NCBI GenBank assembly: GCA_036172245.1
Contig: JAYWIR010000004.1
Location: forward strand, 5,270,001-5,334,000
Reading direction: 5' to 3'
From: Raillietiella orientalis
Taxonomy: Eukaryota
DNA length: 64,000 nt
The notes beneath the pieces are model-generated. The model saw only the letters and a list, made by a program, of their open reading frames with translations. It did no database searches and was not told where the DNA came from. Made by a program: the position numbers and the translations under genes. Below are positions 13,101 through 25,999 of this stretch, piece after piece; the first letter of the stretch is position 1, and every line of letters starts with the position of its first letter.

Positions 13101-15150
13101 AGTGGGGGGGAGGGGAGGATCACACTGCAAGGGGGAAGGTGGAAGAATAGAGAATAGCGTCGGGCCAATGCTCCTGCTTGCCCCTTGCCCTCCCCCCCAT
13201 TCCCTTTTTTCGAGCGCTTCATTCTCTGAATGCGGAGGAGGAATTGCCAAAACATCAATCTCCAGGTCTTCTTCCCCCGAAAAGACCCACCATCGATTCC
13301 TCTCCTCTTCTTACGATTCCACGGCAACAGCGACAAAGTCCTGTCCTCGAACGGGGAAAAAAAAAAAAAAGCATATGTCTTTTGCTGCTTCCAGGACCAA
13401 GTGCGCGACCAAGAAAAGCAGAGCGCGCCATCTGGTGCCAAGGATGGAAAGCGAGAACCTGGGAAGGTAAGCGGAGAGACAACCGTAAGGTAGGAGAAAG
13501 AGCACAAAAGAGCTTCACCACACACGGCGGGTGTCGTACTGGAGATGGTCACCGTCCTGTCTCTGCCCCAGGACACGCGCGCATAGCAGTTCGGACGCTC
13601 GACGGCTCGCGGCAGTTCGCAGCCGTGCCGGGAGATGGCAGTGGATGAGAGCCCGAGTACCTACCGGGACGCGTTGTTACCGCGAGGAGGTGGGGATGGG
13701 CGAGGCAGGGGGACGGAGGATTCATCGGGAACCAAAAGGGGAAAAGGCCTATGGAGTGATGTAATTCCGACGGAATGGCAGAAGGGAAGGATGGGAAAAG
13801 AAGGGAGGCGAAGATCGCTGCCGTTTTCGAACGAGATGTTTTCCCTGTCACCCGCAGTCCTTATGGATCCTTCAGGTGGTCGCCACCACCCAAGTCCTCT
13901 CACATGGGACGGCGGAGGGGAATGAAAAATCCAAAACCAAAGTCCAGCTATTCCTGCCCTCTCGCGTGGACAGGGTCCCGTGCAGAAGCTCGTGGAAAGG
14001 GAGAGAAAGGGAAGTTATCCGGAGTCACCATCCCCAGGTCTCAGAAGGAACGACCTTGTCGGTGGTCAATCCTGAACCCATCTTTTCGGGGTAGCCGAGG
14101 AAGGGGAGTGGGAACGCGATGGAGGAGCTCCCGGGTCCATGCAGTCAGTCGCGAAGAATGCCTTCAGGGTGTTGCGTTGCCGTGGCTCGGCATGCCACCT
14201 GGCTGCAGCGGCTTCCTCTACTGCCCTTCTTGCTTCCGCAAGACGGCGACCACATCCTCAGTGACAGAAAGCCGAAAAAATTCTGTCTCAGAACTCGGGA
14301 GGGATGCACCCAGCAACCTCTTTCCCCAGGTTCGCTCGAGACAGCCGCTACCGCGCAGGAAAGTTCCCGGAGGAAAGCGCGAAAGCAGCCAAAGCAGCTG
14401 GTGAGGGTTGCCCGGGGTTCCCGCACGTCTGCTGCCTTCCTTTGCCCCGAGCCCACCAGAGAGGTGGCACGACTCCTGGGTGCCGGATTCCTGTTGCTCG
14501 TTCCCTGGGCATAGGTTCCCCGGGCACGCGGAGGCTTCGTGAGAATGCCAGCGCCGAGTCTGCAGTTGGCGTGGGTGAAGGTGGAGCGTCTGCCGTGTCG
14601 GCAGCGAGCCCACCCGGCCGAGGGGGGAGGAGCACGGAAGAACGAGCTCCACGGCTAAGAGCTCGTTTGCTTCCGCCCGAGCTGCCTTCCGGCTGGGGCC
14701 GAGGAGGTGCCACCGGCCTCTGGCCCAGGACATGTCGGCGGAACATCTCGCAGTACACCCGCCCGAGAGGCGTGCGCGCAAGACCTGACCGAGGGGTGGC
14801 GGTGCGCTCATTCCCGCACCTCCACCCCGCGCGGGAATGAGCGCGCGCGCGCGGAAGGCGGAGGCGACGCGACCGACTGCTCGCGCGCGTGTGGGCTGCT
14901 CCTCGCTTGGCCGTGGGCGATGTGTGAGGTACCACCTTCTCGTTCGCGCCGGTAGGTGGAGCCAAGGGGTCAATTTGCCGGCGTCAAGCCGATCCCGGGA
15001 ACCTGGCCTCCCGCGAAACATGAGAAGGAATTCCCAAGGAGGTCGAGACTCTCGGCGCCTAGCGGGCGAGAGGAACCGTCCGCCTCTCGAGGTAGCAAGT
15101 CAGCGTCTCCGGCAGCTCTCAAGTGCTCCCGGCTGCGGCAGCTGCAGGTA
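10200..15150 (+). mobile_element. Near full-length decayed L1/Tx1-like LINE
   Basis: ORF1 knuckle relics (DECP...RGRGHSCR, ~10900-11010); EN relics (QGRPLILLRK, ALRGGMVP, RDPDDPERVT, PLWEVRSS); RT relics (FPTHEVKAF, WIRQQH..VGGR, VLSSNG...QVRDQEKQSAP, SY-GDG at ~13535-13549, EKAYGV); RWS...SSHMGR; RWSILNP..GRGVG; CHRPLAQDMSAEHL (~14710-14750). Confidence 0.75.
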
Positions 15151-16330
15151 ATTGGAGGTGATCACTGTTGATCGATTCCGCAGGGCGAGGGAGCGCCGCA
15201 CGCACGCCAACATCCATCACTGGGTCATCGCGCGACCGTGGAAGATCCAAAGAGGGCATTTGCATGCGAACGACGGCAGGCGCACGGTTTCCGCCGCCCT
15301 CCCCCTCTCCCACGAAACACAACAGACAGGAGTCCTCCGATGCGCATGTTCCTCCTCTGGGGAACATTCGGACGTTCCTCCCCCGGAAAAGTGGGAACGC
15401 AGCAGCTTTGCGGCACCTTCCCGCATGTCCTCCTTCCTCGTTCGGGGATGGAGAGGGGGGAGGGGAGAATTCGCTGATCGGCGTTTTCGTGCGCCTTCCC
15501 TTCGTTGGGTCTCTTCACCTTGAAAACGTCGAGCGAGAAAAAAAAAACGCCCTCGGGCAGCGACGCGAGCTCGGTCGGCAGGTGTTCGCCTCAGAGCACC
15601 ACTCTCGAGAGCGCGGACTGCCGAGAGGGACGAGCGTTCCCGCTCTGGCGGAGACCGGAGCGAAGCGGACGTGGCCGTTCTCGTGCCTTCCGATAGCGGC
15701 GGCGGCCCTCCTCGACGCTCCCTCTTCTCCTTCCGCCCACCGCCGACTCCTCTCCGGCGTTCTGAGTCTTCGGTGGCGACTGGACGACGACTCGCTGCCG
15801 AGGAGGCAGGATCGCCCGACCGTCGAGAAAGGCGTCGGACTCTCGACACCTGCTCCATTCTGGCGACTCATCCACCAGTGGAAGGGGAGGGAGCGTTGGA
15901 TCGCGCGTAGCACCGGGCTGGGGGAGGCGCACGCTTCGAAGCGCCACCTCCCGTGGGACGTGTCTCGCTCCGGGTCTGCGCGATCCCCTTGCGGGGTCGC
16001 GGAAGCGAGGGAGTCCCGTAGCCTCGCAGCCGTCGAAAACAAAACGGGAAGCCGCCAGTCTGGAACGAAATTGTGTGCGGCTGCCGGGGAGATCGGGGCC
16101 AGAGGGACGCGAGTCCCCGTGGGGTGCTTCCGTCATCTCTCCTTTACAGTGTGCGGGCGCTGCTCGACGGCAGGCAACAACGGCGGTCGGGTGAAAAGGT
16201 CTGTGCGGTGTTCCGGAGCTCCGGGGAGCGAAAGGAGGAGGAGGATCTGCTGGCCCATGCGTTTCCGGGAACGCATGGGCGGATGGAAAAAGACCATGCG
16301 ACACGATGCGTGTTCGCGTGTGCTACAGAT
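15150..16330 (-). mobile_element. PIF/Harbinger transposase pseudogene
   Basis: FFHPPMRSRKRMGQQILLLLSL (WVHP..R..G..L), TGTRVPLAPISP, FSTAARL, HGRWRFEACAS (W.FP.C), LSIPE...FPGEE (GDE), RRSHANALFG (R..E.AFG) in order. Confidence 0.6.
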
Positions 16331-16749
16331 GGGGAAGGGGGAAGCCAGAAGGAGGGCGACATCTATTCTCCCAGTCCTGGCGGCAAATCCATTCCTGTTT
16401 ACTCTCCAATCGCAAAAAAAAAAAAAAAATCCGAAAATGCGCATAGCTCGCCAACACAACAGTCGCCAAATTGATCGTAGAAGAATCTCAGAACTCTGTT
16501 GCTACGCAAACTCTCCCTCACGCTGTTGCGGAGCAGCTGCAAAGGGCGAGTGGTAGCGACGGAGGAGGCGAAAGAGGCGCACTGTTGCGGCATTTCGGCT
16601 CGAGATGGCAGTTGCCGTCGTCACTCGTGTGACTGCTGTGCTTCCATCCCCTCCCCCCCCCCTCCTCCTTCCCCTTGACAGCACTGTTGCTCTCGTGACA
16701 GGAATCGTCGCCATCTCCAATCTCGCGTGTCACACGAAAGCCGAGGAAC

Positions 16750-18143
16750 GCCTGGCGGACGAGCTGTCCGCGAGGAAGACCGATAGAACGCTGACAGCAC
16801 ACCGCCACACTTGCGGAGAAGAAATGGAGCCGGAGATGCTCGGCGATGATTCTCCTGGCTAATTACAGAGCAGAGGAAACGCGGAGGTGCGCGCAGGCGG
16901 TCCAGAAATGGAAACTCGGTTATAAGGCACACGGAACATCCGAGTGAGCACGGAGAAATCACAGCCTCAGCAAGAACGGAAGAAATTCCACCATCTTCAG
17001 CCCCTCCTCCAATGAAATCGTCACTGCGCCAGTGGAACCGCCGACAGCACATCGGACGGTCACTCCGGGGAGGGACGCTGTCTCTTGGGATCACGGAAGT
17101 TTTCGGTATGCCGCTTTATTCGAGATTCGAAACCGGTCGGCTTACGAGCGCCCTAATTGACTCTTCAGAAGTCGCGACTCCATCTTCTGCAATGGGCACA
17201 CGATCATTACTTTTCCCACTTCTAATGAACGCAATTAAATTAATTATTGGCGCAGATGATGATCACCAAATTGAATTCGGGAATCTTGCTGTTATTAGAG
17301 GGGCGAGGCCGCAGACTAAGCTGAGCACCCACGGGTGACTGTTTCTTTTCCTTTTCTGCTTTTCGAATCACGAAGGATTCCGGTCAGCCGGAAGCGCGCC
17401 GAGTTCCGTGCAACAGCCGCTGGCATCCTGAGGTGCACTCCCTGTACCAAACAAACACGTGAGAAGCAAAACCACCACGCGGAGCAGCTCGGATGGTGAG
17501 TGATTGCCCTACGTGTTCGCCCGTCCTGGGCCACCACCGCCTTCGATTCCCGTAAGCAGAGCGCCTCCCGGAGACGCCCGTGCGGGTGCGTTGGGAGGAG
17601 GAAGGCGGGGACGTCCTCCGCACCGCTCCCCGTCGGGTTCGGCGATTCCCTTCGGATGCCTTCGCGACCCGATCACACGAAACCGTGGACGCGCGAGAGC
17701 GCCGTTGCCACGAGACGAGGTGCGGCGGCGTCATCTTTATCTCCAAGCATGGGAACATTCGTGTTCGAGAACGAGTCTCCATGCAGCTGCCGTGTGCGTA
17801 CAGGAAAGGAGGGATCCGACTCGTAAAACGTCAGGAAACTCCTCGAAAGTGCGACGACGTAACGAACGACTACTCGGTGTGCAAGCGAGACGGTGCATCC
17901 AGGACGAGAGCTCTCTAGGGATCTCCGAAACAGAAGGGAATTCATAAATGAGCCTCTCCCGCTCGACCCCTTTGGGATCCGAGTATGCGGCATTTGGAAA
18001 CTGTTGCATAACACTGTCACCCATCGGAAAGACTTTCCCTTCCCCCCCCCCCCCCCCCTCTTCTTTTGAGATACCACGCACGCAGCGAACCTCTCAAGTA
18101 ACAGAGCTTCAAGCGTTTTCTTGATATCCGGGTTTCTTCATCT

Positions 18144-18184
<41 letters not shown>

Positions 18185-18620
18185 CAAGGAAAAAAAAAAA
18201 AAAAAAAAACGTGCACTAGTGGAGAACGCCTTCCGTGTCAGCTCCAACCGTAAGACTTCCACGACGCAAGGACAGAGAGATCAGGCACGTTTGTGTAAAC
18301 TGGGGAATTCCGAAGGAGTGAAATTCTCTTACTTTAGTGAATAAAAAAAAAAGAAAGAAAGAAGGAGAAAGCTACTCACGATGACTGATCTCCAGTCCCT
18401 GTGCTACTTAAACTGCGGACTCGTATGATTTCGACAACGAGATTCGCATCCTCGCCGTAGGACGGAGACTTCCCATCACCAACGCTCGCCGGTAGCGGAA
18501 TGCTGCGCGCTGAAAGCAAGAGGGAAAGAAAACGCCAGAGCTCACTCGAAAACCACCACCGGGATCGCGATCGGCATTGTTACGTCATCCGGAAGCAACA
18601 GGAGCAGCGCCCCGCCGAGT
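16750..18620. mobile_element. Decayed Harbinger element: Myb/SANT-like ORF (+, ~16750-17160) convergent with transposase (-, ~17780-18620)
   Basis: Plus frame 1: KKWS...QAVQKWKLGYK...NHSLSKNGRNSTIFSP. Minus: CFRM (18586-18597), LWRFLS..SARSI..VGDGKS, VGADTEG, DEETRIS, MGDS (GDS 18013-18021)...YSDPKG..ERLIY. TIRs not found. Confidence 0.7.
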
Positions 18621-19399
18621 TTATCCCTATGGCGCGCGCAGGAGCGGAGTGCGCGCGGATCAGTCGAAAGGCCTCCTCGTGCGATATGGTGGTTGGGAGG
18701 AACGCGACCGGAGAGATTTCGGCGTGCTTGAGCTGCCACCCAACCACCTCATTCCCCCCCCCGCGGTCGCCCGCCTTGTGCAGCTGCAGGGAAAACGGGT
18801 GGTCACTTGTCACCCAGGCCACGCTCACTTTCCACGCTCTGCCACCGCGGCGAGGGTGGAGGCGCGCGCGCGAAAGATGTGGTGGCACCCTCCTTTCTGC
18901 CAGCTGCCTCACCGGGATGCTGCGGCGTGCCCTTGCGCCAGTCGCCGGTAAACCAAACGCTGGTCGGCCACTTTGAAGCGGGTGAACTGGTGAGCTGGTA
19001 ACACTGACTTTGCTTCCGCGGGGAGGCGCTGCAGGACGCGAGATCCCAGTCGTGCTGCCGCCTTTGCCTCGCTGCCTACCGCGAGTTCCGGGATTGGAGG
19101 CGGGGTCGAAATGCCCCCCGTACTGGCCGCTCTTTTTCTCTCTCCCCTCCTTCCTTCTCGCGTTATTCTTCCCCCCCCCCCCCCCCCCCCTGCCAACCCC
19201 CTACCTTCAACCCACCTCCGAAGATTCTGCGAAAATTTTGCCGCCCGGCCGAGTTTTAACCCCCGGGACGTGCGCGGCCGCCGACCTCGCACGTGCTCAA
19301 GACTTGGAAGAGCTCCTCCTGCTCTCCGAGCAGCATCCGCTCGGAGGCTCCGCTTTCGCGGCAGCCTCCTCTGACCGGCTGCCACGGGAGTACAGGCAG

Positions 19400-20300
19400 A
19401 GCTCCTCCTCCCCATCCCCACATCCCGCTCCTTCGACCAGAGCCAACTGAAGGAAGCCGGGCGTCGCAACACGTCCCGAGAGAGTGAAGGGTGCCCCGGC
19501 ATCGGTGTCAAAGGACGCGCGGAGAGGGGAACCCTTCGGTGCTTCCGCGGAAGGGCGCCGCAGGGAAAGGAACCCGCCCCTTTGCCCCCGCTTCGGGCAG
19601 GAGTGCCATGGAAGGAGGATCGCTGGCGGCGGCTTGGCGTGGCGTTCCTTCGGGACGCCTCGGAAGGGGAACGTCCGAAGAGGGAGGAGGAGTGACGCGA
19701 CAACGAGGTGGGGTGCAAGGGGGAGGCTCTCTAGGGGAGGAAAAAGAGTTTCCGGGTCACCTTCCTCCCTCTGGGAAATTCCTCGCGAGGGCGTGCGCCC
19801 ACCATCGCGGAAGGGGGGGAGCAGCCGCCTTTTCCCTCGCCCTCTCTTAGGCCTTCCCAGGTCACGCGTTGGCAGGGGCCGCTCCGTTAACCGTGTGTGG
19901 AAGGGATAGGGCCGTAGTGTCTCCCCTTCCGGGGCCGCGCTCTTAGCTGTGGGGGGTAGTGCCGCTACCGGACGCCCCGGAAGACCGAGGAATGATCCCG
20001 GGCAGACATTTTCCTCCCGAACGGGAGGGATCGGCTCTGTGCCACCTCCTTGGCCCTTCGGCGGTCGCGTCTCCGTCACGAGGGGGGGCGGCCCGGCACA
20101 CTTCAGGGCAGCTGCTTCCCTCGCATAAGTGGGAGAGAAGCGGGAGAAAGGGGGGGTTGCATCGGTGCGTGAGCTGGGAGGACGTCTCTGGGAAGTTGCC
20201 GACGTCCCTTCCCTGGAAGGGAGCTTGCGGGGCGCTCCCATCTCCGGCGCAGGGAGTGTCTCCCTCCCCCCAAGGTGACTGAGGGAGGCGCGTTCGAAAG
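19400..20300 (-). mobile_element. Decayed LINE 3' part
   Basis: RPPKGQGGG (LP...GG), RLTERPLPTRDL (LPT), PWHSCPKRGQRGGF (W..W..RN...F). Confidence 0.5.
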
Positions 20301-20336
20301 AGGAGGAGCGGGAGGAGGGGATGTTCAGAGAGGAAC

Positions 20337-20640
20337 GAGAGAGAGAGAGAGAGAGAGAGAAACGGAGGAGGAAACCGTGGCAACGCCGCTTCGGCGGATA
20401 CGCAATTGCGAGATCACGACGCTCGTAAAACTCCCGGTTTCCGTGCCGCATGCTAACGACACGGCCGGCGGGCGCCCATTGGCCGCAGCGCAACCGGGAG
20501 GGGAAAAAAAAAAAAAAAGCGGAAAAGCAAAGATGGCGGCGGGTGCGAGAGCGAAGCGCGTCGCCGTCTTCTCCAACCGGGCGGCCTCCGTCCCGATGGA
20601 CCGCGTCTCTGAAAACTCCTGGGAGCCACCGGCTGCGGGT
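20337..20640 (+). promoter_or_regulatory. Promoter-like island: (GA)n, reverse CCAAT box, YY1-type AAGATGGCGGC overlapping an ATG
   Basis: (GA)n at 20337-20360, ATTGG at 20478-20482, A-tract, AAGATGGCGGC at 20530-20540 (ATG 20533). Lies between two TE remnants. Confidence 0.25.
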
Positions 20641-21289
20641 ATCTTCGTGGACTCAGGGAGAGAAAGGGGAGGGGCGGCGGCTTGCAGCCACCAACGTTGC
20701 TCCGCCTTTTTTTTCCGGTGGGGTGTGGCGCGGGACAACCGCCAGTTCCTTCTCCTTCCCCCCCCCCCCACCCGTTCACCCTCGGTGCGCGCGCCGAGCC
20801 GGCGTCCCCTCATTCCTCCTCTCCCCGCAGTGGGAGGGGCACCCGGTGGGAGAGGCGTGGGGCAGGGCGGCGAAAGCCGCAGGAGGGGGCGCCCGGCCAC
20901 CCTTGTCGTGGGATCCCTCCGCGCGCTCCGTCTCTCCGGAGAGGGCCGAAGCCTAGAGCTGCGTGCCCCCTGTCGTCACGACCCGACGATGCTCTTCCTC
21001 TAGGTGGACGAGCGTGGAGGGGCCGAGGGGGAAATCAAGTGGACTCACCTGTGACCCGGCGTCTCTCTGATCCGCATGCATCTCCAACTGCTGACCGCTC
21101 GCGAAAGACACTGGTCAGGGCGGGCCACATTCCGCCGAGGAAATGCGCCGGGCGATGCCGGGCTCGAGACGTCGGCTGCAACCGGATTTTTTTTTTTTTT
21201 TTTTTGTTTTTCTTTCTTTTTTTTTCTTTCTGTCTCTCTTTCCCTCCCTCTCTCCGCTCCTCTCCCCCTCCCCCGCTTTGCACCTCCAG

Positions 21290-23080
21290 CAATCGGACGG
21301 ATGCCGCGTACGCACTTTGACGGCTCCTTCATTCATCTCCGGCTGCGCCTAGAGAAGCGCGAAGACCACAGCGGGCCCGGCGCCCTTCCTTCCCCGTCCT
21401 TCATCCCCGTCTCCGGCCGGGACCGGGAAGACCGTGCCGCTCCTTCCTGGTGCCTTCTTCTCCTTTTTCCTGCCGCCGCGCTCGCCTCCTCTGAACGAGG
21501 GAGGAACGCCCAACTCGAAAAGACGTTGTACGGCGGGAGAGAGGAGCTTTGCCCTTCTCGATGCTCTGGAGCCGCTGGGGAAGGACTCGTGCGGAAGGTG
21601 GCTGTCTGCTTGCTGCTGCTTCCTGGCTCTGAGCGCGCGTGCATACGGACGGCGACGCGTGTCGTCTCTTTACTGCGACGAAGGCCGCGCGAGAATCCAC
21701 CAATGCTCCTCCTTCTCCTCTTTCCCCCTCCTCCTCGGCAAACGGAACCCGCCAGCGGCTCCCCCATAGCTGCATGACGCTCCTGCCGCCTTGCGGCGCG
21801 AAGCGAAAGAGTCGTTCTCCTCTTCCTCCTTTTTGTCCTGAGCGCGGTTTTTGTACACCGACACTGCATGGCGACGGCTGGCACCCCTGCATGCCGCCAT
21901 GATTGCTGCTCCCTTGAACCACGGCACTGATTATGCCGCGATGCATCGGGAGATGTGGTGGTGGTGATATCTGGAGCATGTGCGCGCGACTTGGCGGGAA
22001 GGTCTCACGGTCTTGCCTCGCTGCCGAGACGCCGGGACCTGCCCCCTCCCCGCCAAGAAGGGGGCCTTCCTTCGTGTTTTGGCCAGGGACGGTGTGGTCG
22101 AGAGACACTCCCCCCCCGCCAGTGGGCAGAATCCCCTCCCCGATGATGGACTCCAGACCTTTCCGTTTCATACATTTCATACACGCGCAGAGACAGTAAC
22201 GCGTGTGCCCCCGTGTGCACGTGCTTATGACATACTTGAATCTCTGCAATTATGTGTGAAAAGCACATACGGGGAGTGTGCAAATGGTAGGTGCGCAGCA
22301 CGCAGGAGGGTACGTTTCTCTTCGCATGCAATGGAGCTAAAGAGCGGTGTTCCAATCGTTCCAAGCTGGCGAGGAGGAGCAGGCTTCAGATTCAAATTGA
22401 TCCGAAGATGTCACCCGAATTTCACAGCCATTTACCATGCCGCTCTCTCTCCTTTCCCAGCTTCAGTGCCGATCTCTAAAAACGATCGCGAGCTCTCTGG
22501 GTGCGAGCAGTCGTTGAATAAAAACAGTGCGGGATCCTATCTCATCCTTTCCAAGCCGCATCAACCTTACCAGATGTGACCTTGACGCGTAGACGAGACG
22601 ATGATCCCCGGATGATCGCAAACAGTACTGGAAACCACAAATCATCGATATCACCGATTGATCAGTTCGCGGCCCCGTGCTTCCCGTTAGGGGCGGCAAA
22701 TCTCATCCAGAATCGGTCGTAACGGGACCTTCCTCTTCCTAGATGGCAGATTTTATTTCGCGTTTTCCATTTCCAGGTTTCTTCCCCCCGTTTTTGTTTC
22801 AAGGCGAGCCTCGAGCTCCGCATCCACGCAGACGACATCAAAGCGAACACCCACTGGTCCAAGTACTCTCTAAGAGATGAGTGTAGGTGCCCGATTTTTC
22901 GGGACAGATGCAGCCTGTGGAGAGGTCTGATATAGGGTGAATTAGTAGCCCAGAAGAACACCTTTTCGTACCTTTGCGGACTCGAGAAGCGAACAAGTGA
23001 ACAAATGGCACAGATGGGAACAAAGGAATTGAAGGTCCGGAGCTCTCCATCATCGTTTGGTTCCCTCGATTGTTCGAACA
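21290..23080. mobile_element. Decayed Harbinger element: transposase (+, ~21290-22560) convergent with MADF-like ORF (-, ~22700-23050)
   Basis: Plus: RMPRTHF, RLPHSCM, GDGWHP, GRCGGGDIWS...GPSFVF, RAYDIL, NDREL. Minus: YEKVFFWATNSPY...RKIG...SAWMRS...KQKRGEETWKW. Confidence 0.7.
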
Positions 23081-23949
23081 ATGCTAAAAACAAAAACAAA
23101 CGAACATCGTTGGACGCATAGGTTGAGCGCTCCTCGTCGTGCCGCTCGTATTAAGGCTTAAATATGGCCATCCGCGAGACGTTTTCCAATATGTGGAACA
23201 ATTCATGTGCATTTTCCCACAACTCTGGAGTGTAGATGTAGTTGCGTTTCCATCCTGCATGCAGCGACTTTCGCATCAAGCAGTTTCTTGCTTTTTTCTT
23301 CTTCTTCATCTCTCTCTTTCTCTCTCTTTTTCCTTCTTCTTCTCGAAATTAGGCGCAATCCGAAATGAGTGACGTATCGTTTGACATTCCATTTGAAATT
23401 GTAGCCTATATGATATTTTCCTTGCGTGGAAATTTTGTCGAATCATCGAATTTCGTTTCTGCCGCCCTTTTCCGAATGTGGAATTCTTCAGAAGACGGAA
23501 GGGAAAAACAAACGTCACCCGAAGAGAAATGGAAGCATTCCGTCCCAAAGTACGGCCGTGCGTTTCGCCCAGAGCGAGAAAACAACTCCGAGATGCGGGC
23601 GAAGAAGAGGAGGAGGAGGCACTTTGGTAAAAATCCTCCTGGCCGGCCGTGGCCGGAGGTGCGCATCCGCGGTCCGCGACGCGGGAGCGGGCGTTTCCGA
23701 GCGACCGGCTGATGGTTGGGATGCGAACGGTGGAATGCTGCAGCCTCTCGCTCCCCGATCGATCGATGGCCCAGCGCATCGGAAGCGTGACGTAGCGAAA
23801 TGTTCGCATCGGAAGGTCTGCAAAGAGCTTAAAGGAGAGCGGCAAAGCGGTGCACGCGTTTTCCCTCTTTTCTGCAGCCGCGCTCCCGTGCCCCCTCGTG
23901 TCTTCGCCGACGCCTTTTAATTTTCGTGATTACTCGCGCGTTCTGTGCT

Positions 23950-25450
23950 TCGCTTCCCCCGTCCGAGTGGTCCAGTCCGCTTTTTTCCCATGCGTTCCTT
24001 CCTCACCTGCCGGCTTTCACTCTCCTGGGATCGCCGGGAAAGTTTTCCTCGGAAAGGTGACGCTGCATCTTGAGGAAGAAACCCTGCATCTCTCCTCGAC
24101 GCGTCCACCCCTCTTCGTACACCTTTCTTGTGGTGTCGGTTTAGCGCGCGCGGAGTCGCAGACCTGCCGGCTCCTGCCACCCAGGTCCACAAAGAAGTGG
24201 ATGACTGACCACTCCGTAATAAGGGTTAACCGGCGGCAAGTTCTGTTAGTGTTGCAGAAACTTCGAGAGGGAGTCATGCGTTACCCCTTGGGAACATTCA
24301 TTTTTGGGAATGGGAAAGGAAGAAAGAAAAAGAAACGGGAATTAGAATAACAGGAGTTGTCGTCCGTGTCGAGGAATCGTTTCCGCCCTCCTTTTTATCA
24401 ACTGTGGATCATCCCATCCCGTGCCACGGATTTCGAAACTTGGGAAGGATACTACTGAAAAAGAAGTACCGCTGGATTCTCACGAGTCAGAGGTGGAAGA
24501 AATGGATTAGGAACAGGAAGAGAAGCAAGATGGAAAGGGGCGGGGGAGGAAATGCTGTGGGAAAATACGTTCTCCCATCACTGCCATGGCTGAGAAGGGG
24601 GCTTGAAAGACTTTCGGCACTCTCACAGATGCAACAACCCTCTGGTGCCCTCTTTGGCAGTCGTAGGCGATGGCTCATACCCGGGAGAGTCACTGCTGCT
24701 CGCACCCAATCGCAATTCCCGCTAGATTTCGTCCTTCCCTTCTTGCAGGAGACTCCAGGGTTTCTAGGGGATTCCTGATCAGCTGGTCGCGCTCGCGTAG
24801 ATAGCTAGCCAAATCCATGCCGCTGATCTTGGACATCTCCGGACAACTGGAAGGGCCGTGACCTCAAGCGTTCTCCCTTAGCCGGGGTCTCCTTGGGAGG
24901 CAGGCAACCTCAGGTCGTCTTTTGTCCGGAACGTCCTGTGGGCTCTTGAGCTCGCAGCTCCAGTCGCTGGCATTCCTGTCTGTTGGACGCTCGCACACGT
25001 AGATCCTCCTACTCTCAGGGAACTAGGAGTGCATTCACTGCGGCTGCTCACGCGGAGTGCGCTTATGCTCACGGCGTGCTTTCGATCTTGGATTGCGTGC
25101 GAACTGCTTCCCTGGTTTTTCATGCTGCTAATCTTGCAGACTTGCGTCTGCTGCTGCTGTTTCCACTCTGTCTGACGGTGACCACCCGACTGCCCAAGGC
25201 ATGTGCCCTGCGTCCAGTCGAATGCTCACCCGACCTTTCCAGAACTACGTTCGTCCAAGTGTTTCACTTTTGTCTTCTCTTGTATCCGCAGCCTGCCGGC
25301 AACTTGGGAAGAGGGGGGAGAAAGGGAAGAGAGTTCTAATCGGGAACTCGTTTCTCTTTGGCGACTTCGGGTCGTAAAATTTCCGTCGTCGGCAAGGAAC
25401 TGGACTATGGTCTCGAATGTTCTACACAAGTGCAGTAGTCCATCTCAAAC
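23950..25450 (-). mobile_element. 5'-truncated decayed L1/Tx1-like LINE (RT end to C-terminus)
   Basis: FLADD (25385-25399), VAGRLRIQEKTK, TCLG, DLRLPASQGDPG, TCRRLTLITEWSVIHFFVD (CCHC), SRCSVTF. Confidence 0.8.
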
Positions 25451-25701
25451 ATGAAGGAAGGCACGCGTGATTTTCATGAGCAATGATGGATGCGCGTCGA
25501 AAGCCAGCAATGGGAGACGGGAAAGGGAGGACGGCAAATCGCCATTTTCACTGTCACAGGTCTACGCGGATCGTTCGAGTCCCCATGAGTCTCTCAGAGT
25601 CGCGAATGAGTGGATGTGAGAACTTTCCACGTCCTTAGCTCGGTTAAAAATTGTGTTCTTTGTAAGAAAGCACAAAAAGGAACACTTCTTTATGGAAAAG
25701 G

Positions 25702-25728
<27 letters not shown>
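25702..25728. repeat. (AT)n microsatellite in an AT-rich spacer between divergent LINEs
   Basis: Direct reading. Confidence 0.95.
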
Positions 25729-25732
<4 letters not shown>

Positions 25733-25999
25733 GAGACAAAAGATGGCAAACACTTCCTGACGTTTCGCGTGTTTATTTCATGTCCTACAGATGCCTATTC
25801 ATTCGTGTCCTCAAGGAAAGGGAAGTTTCAAGGGAGGCATTTAAGTGAAATCACTTCTTTGCCAGTCTCATCTTCCGTGTCTTTGCGAGGGATCGCGAAG
25901 GAAGGGGGGATAGGGGAAAGCTAAACCCAACACGAGGTGGAGTCCCTTTTGCGACGAACAGCACCAACGAGTGGAGCCAGCCAAACATAAACTGGCGGC

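Noticed and set aside
15168..16556. 462 aa plus-strand ORF as a novel protein
   Set aside because: It is antisense to a Harbinger transposase relic, has no recognisable domain, and starts at a non-ATG codon.
16400..19000. Terminal inverted repeats and TWA target-site duplications for the Harbinger elements
   Set aside because: I looked by eye here and near 43.0 and 45.05 kb and found no convincing match, so element ends remain undefined.
22972..23083. Minus-strand host exon flanked by TTTTTAG and GTACGA
   Set aside because: The frame continues past the putative donor into a MADF-like domain of the Harbinger relic, and no partner exons were identified.
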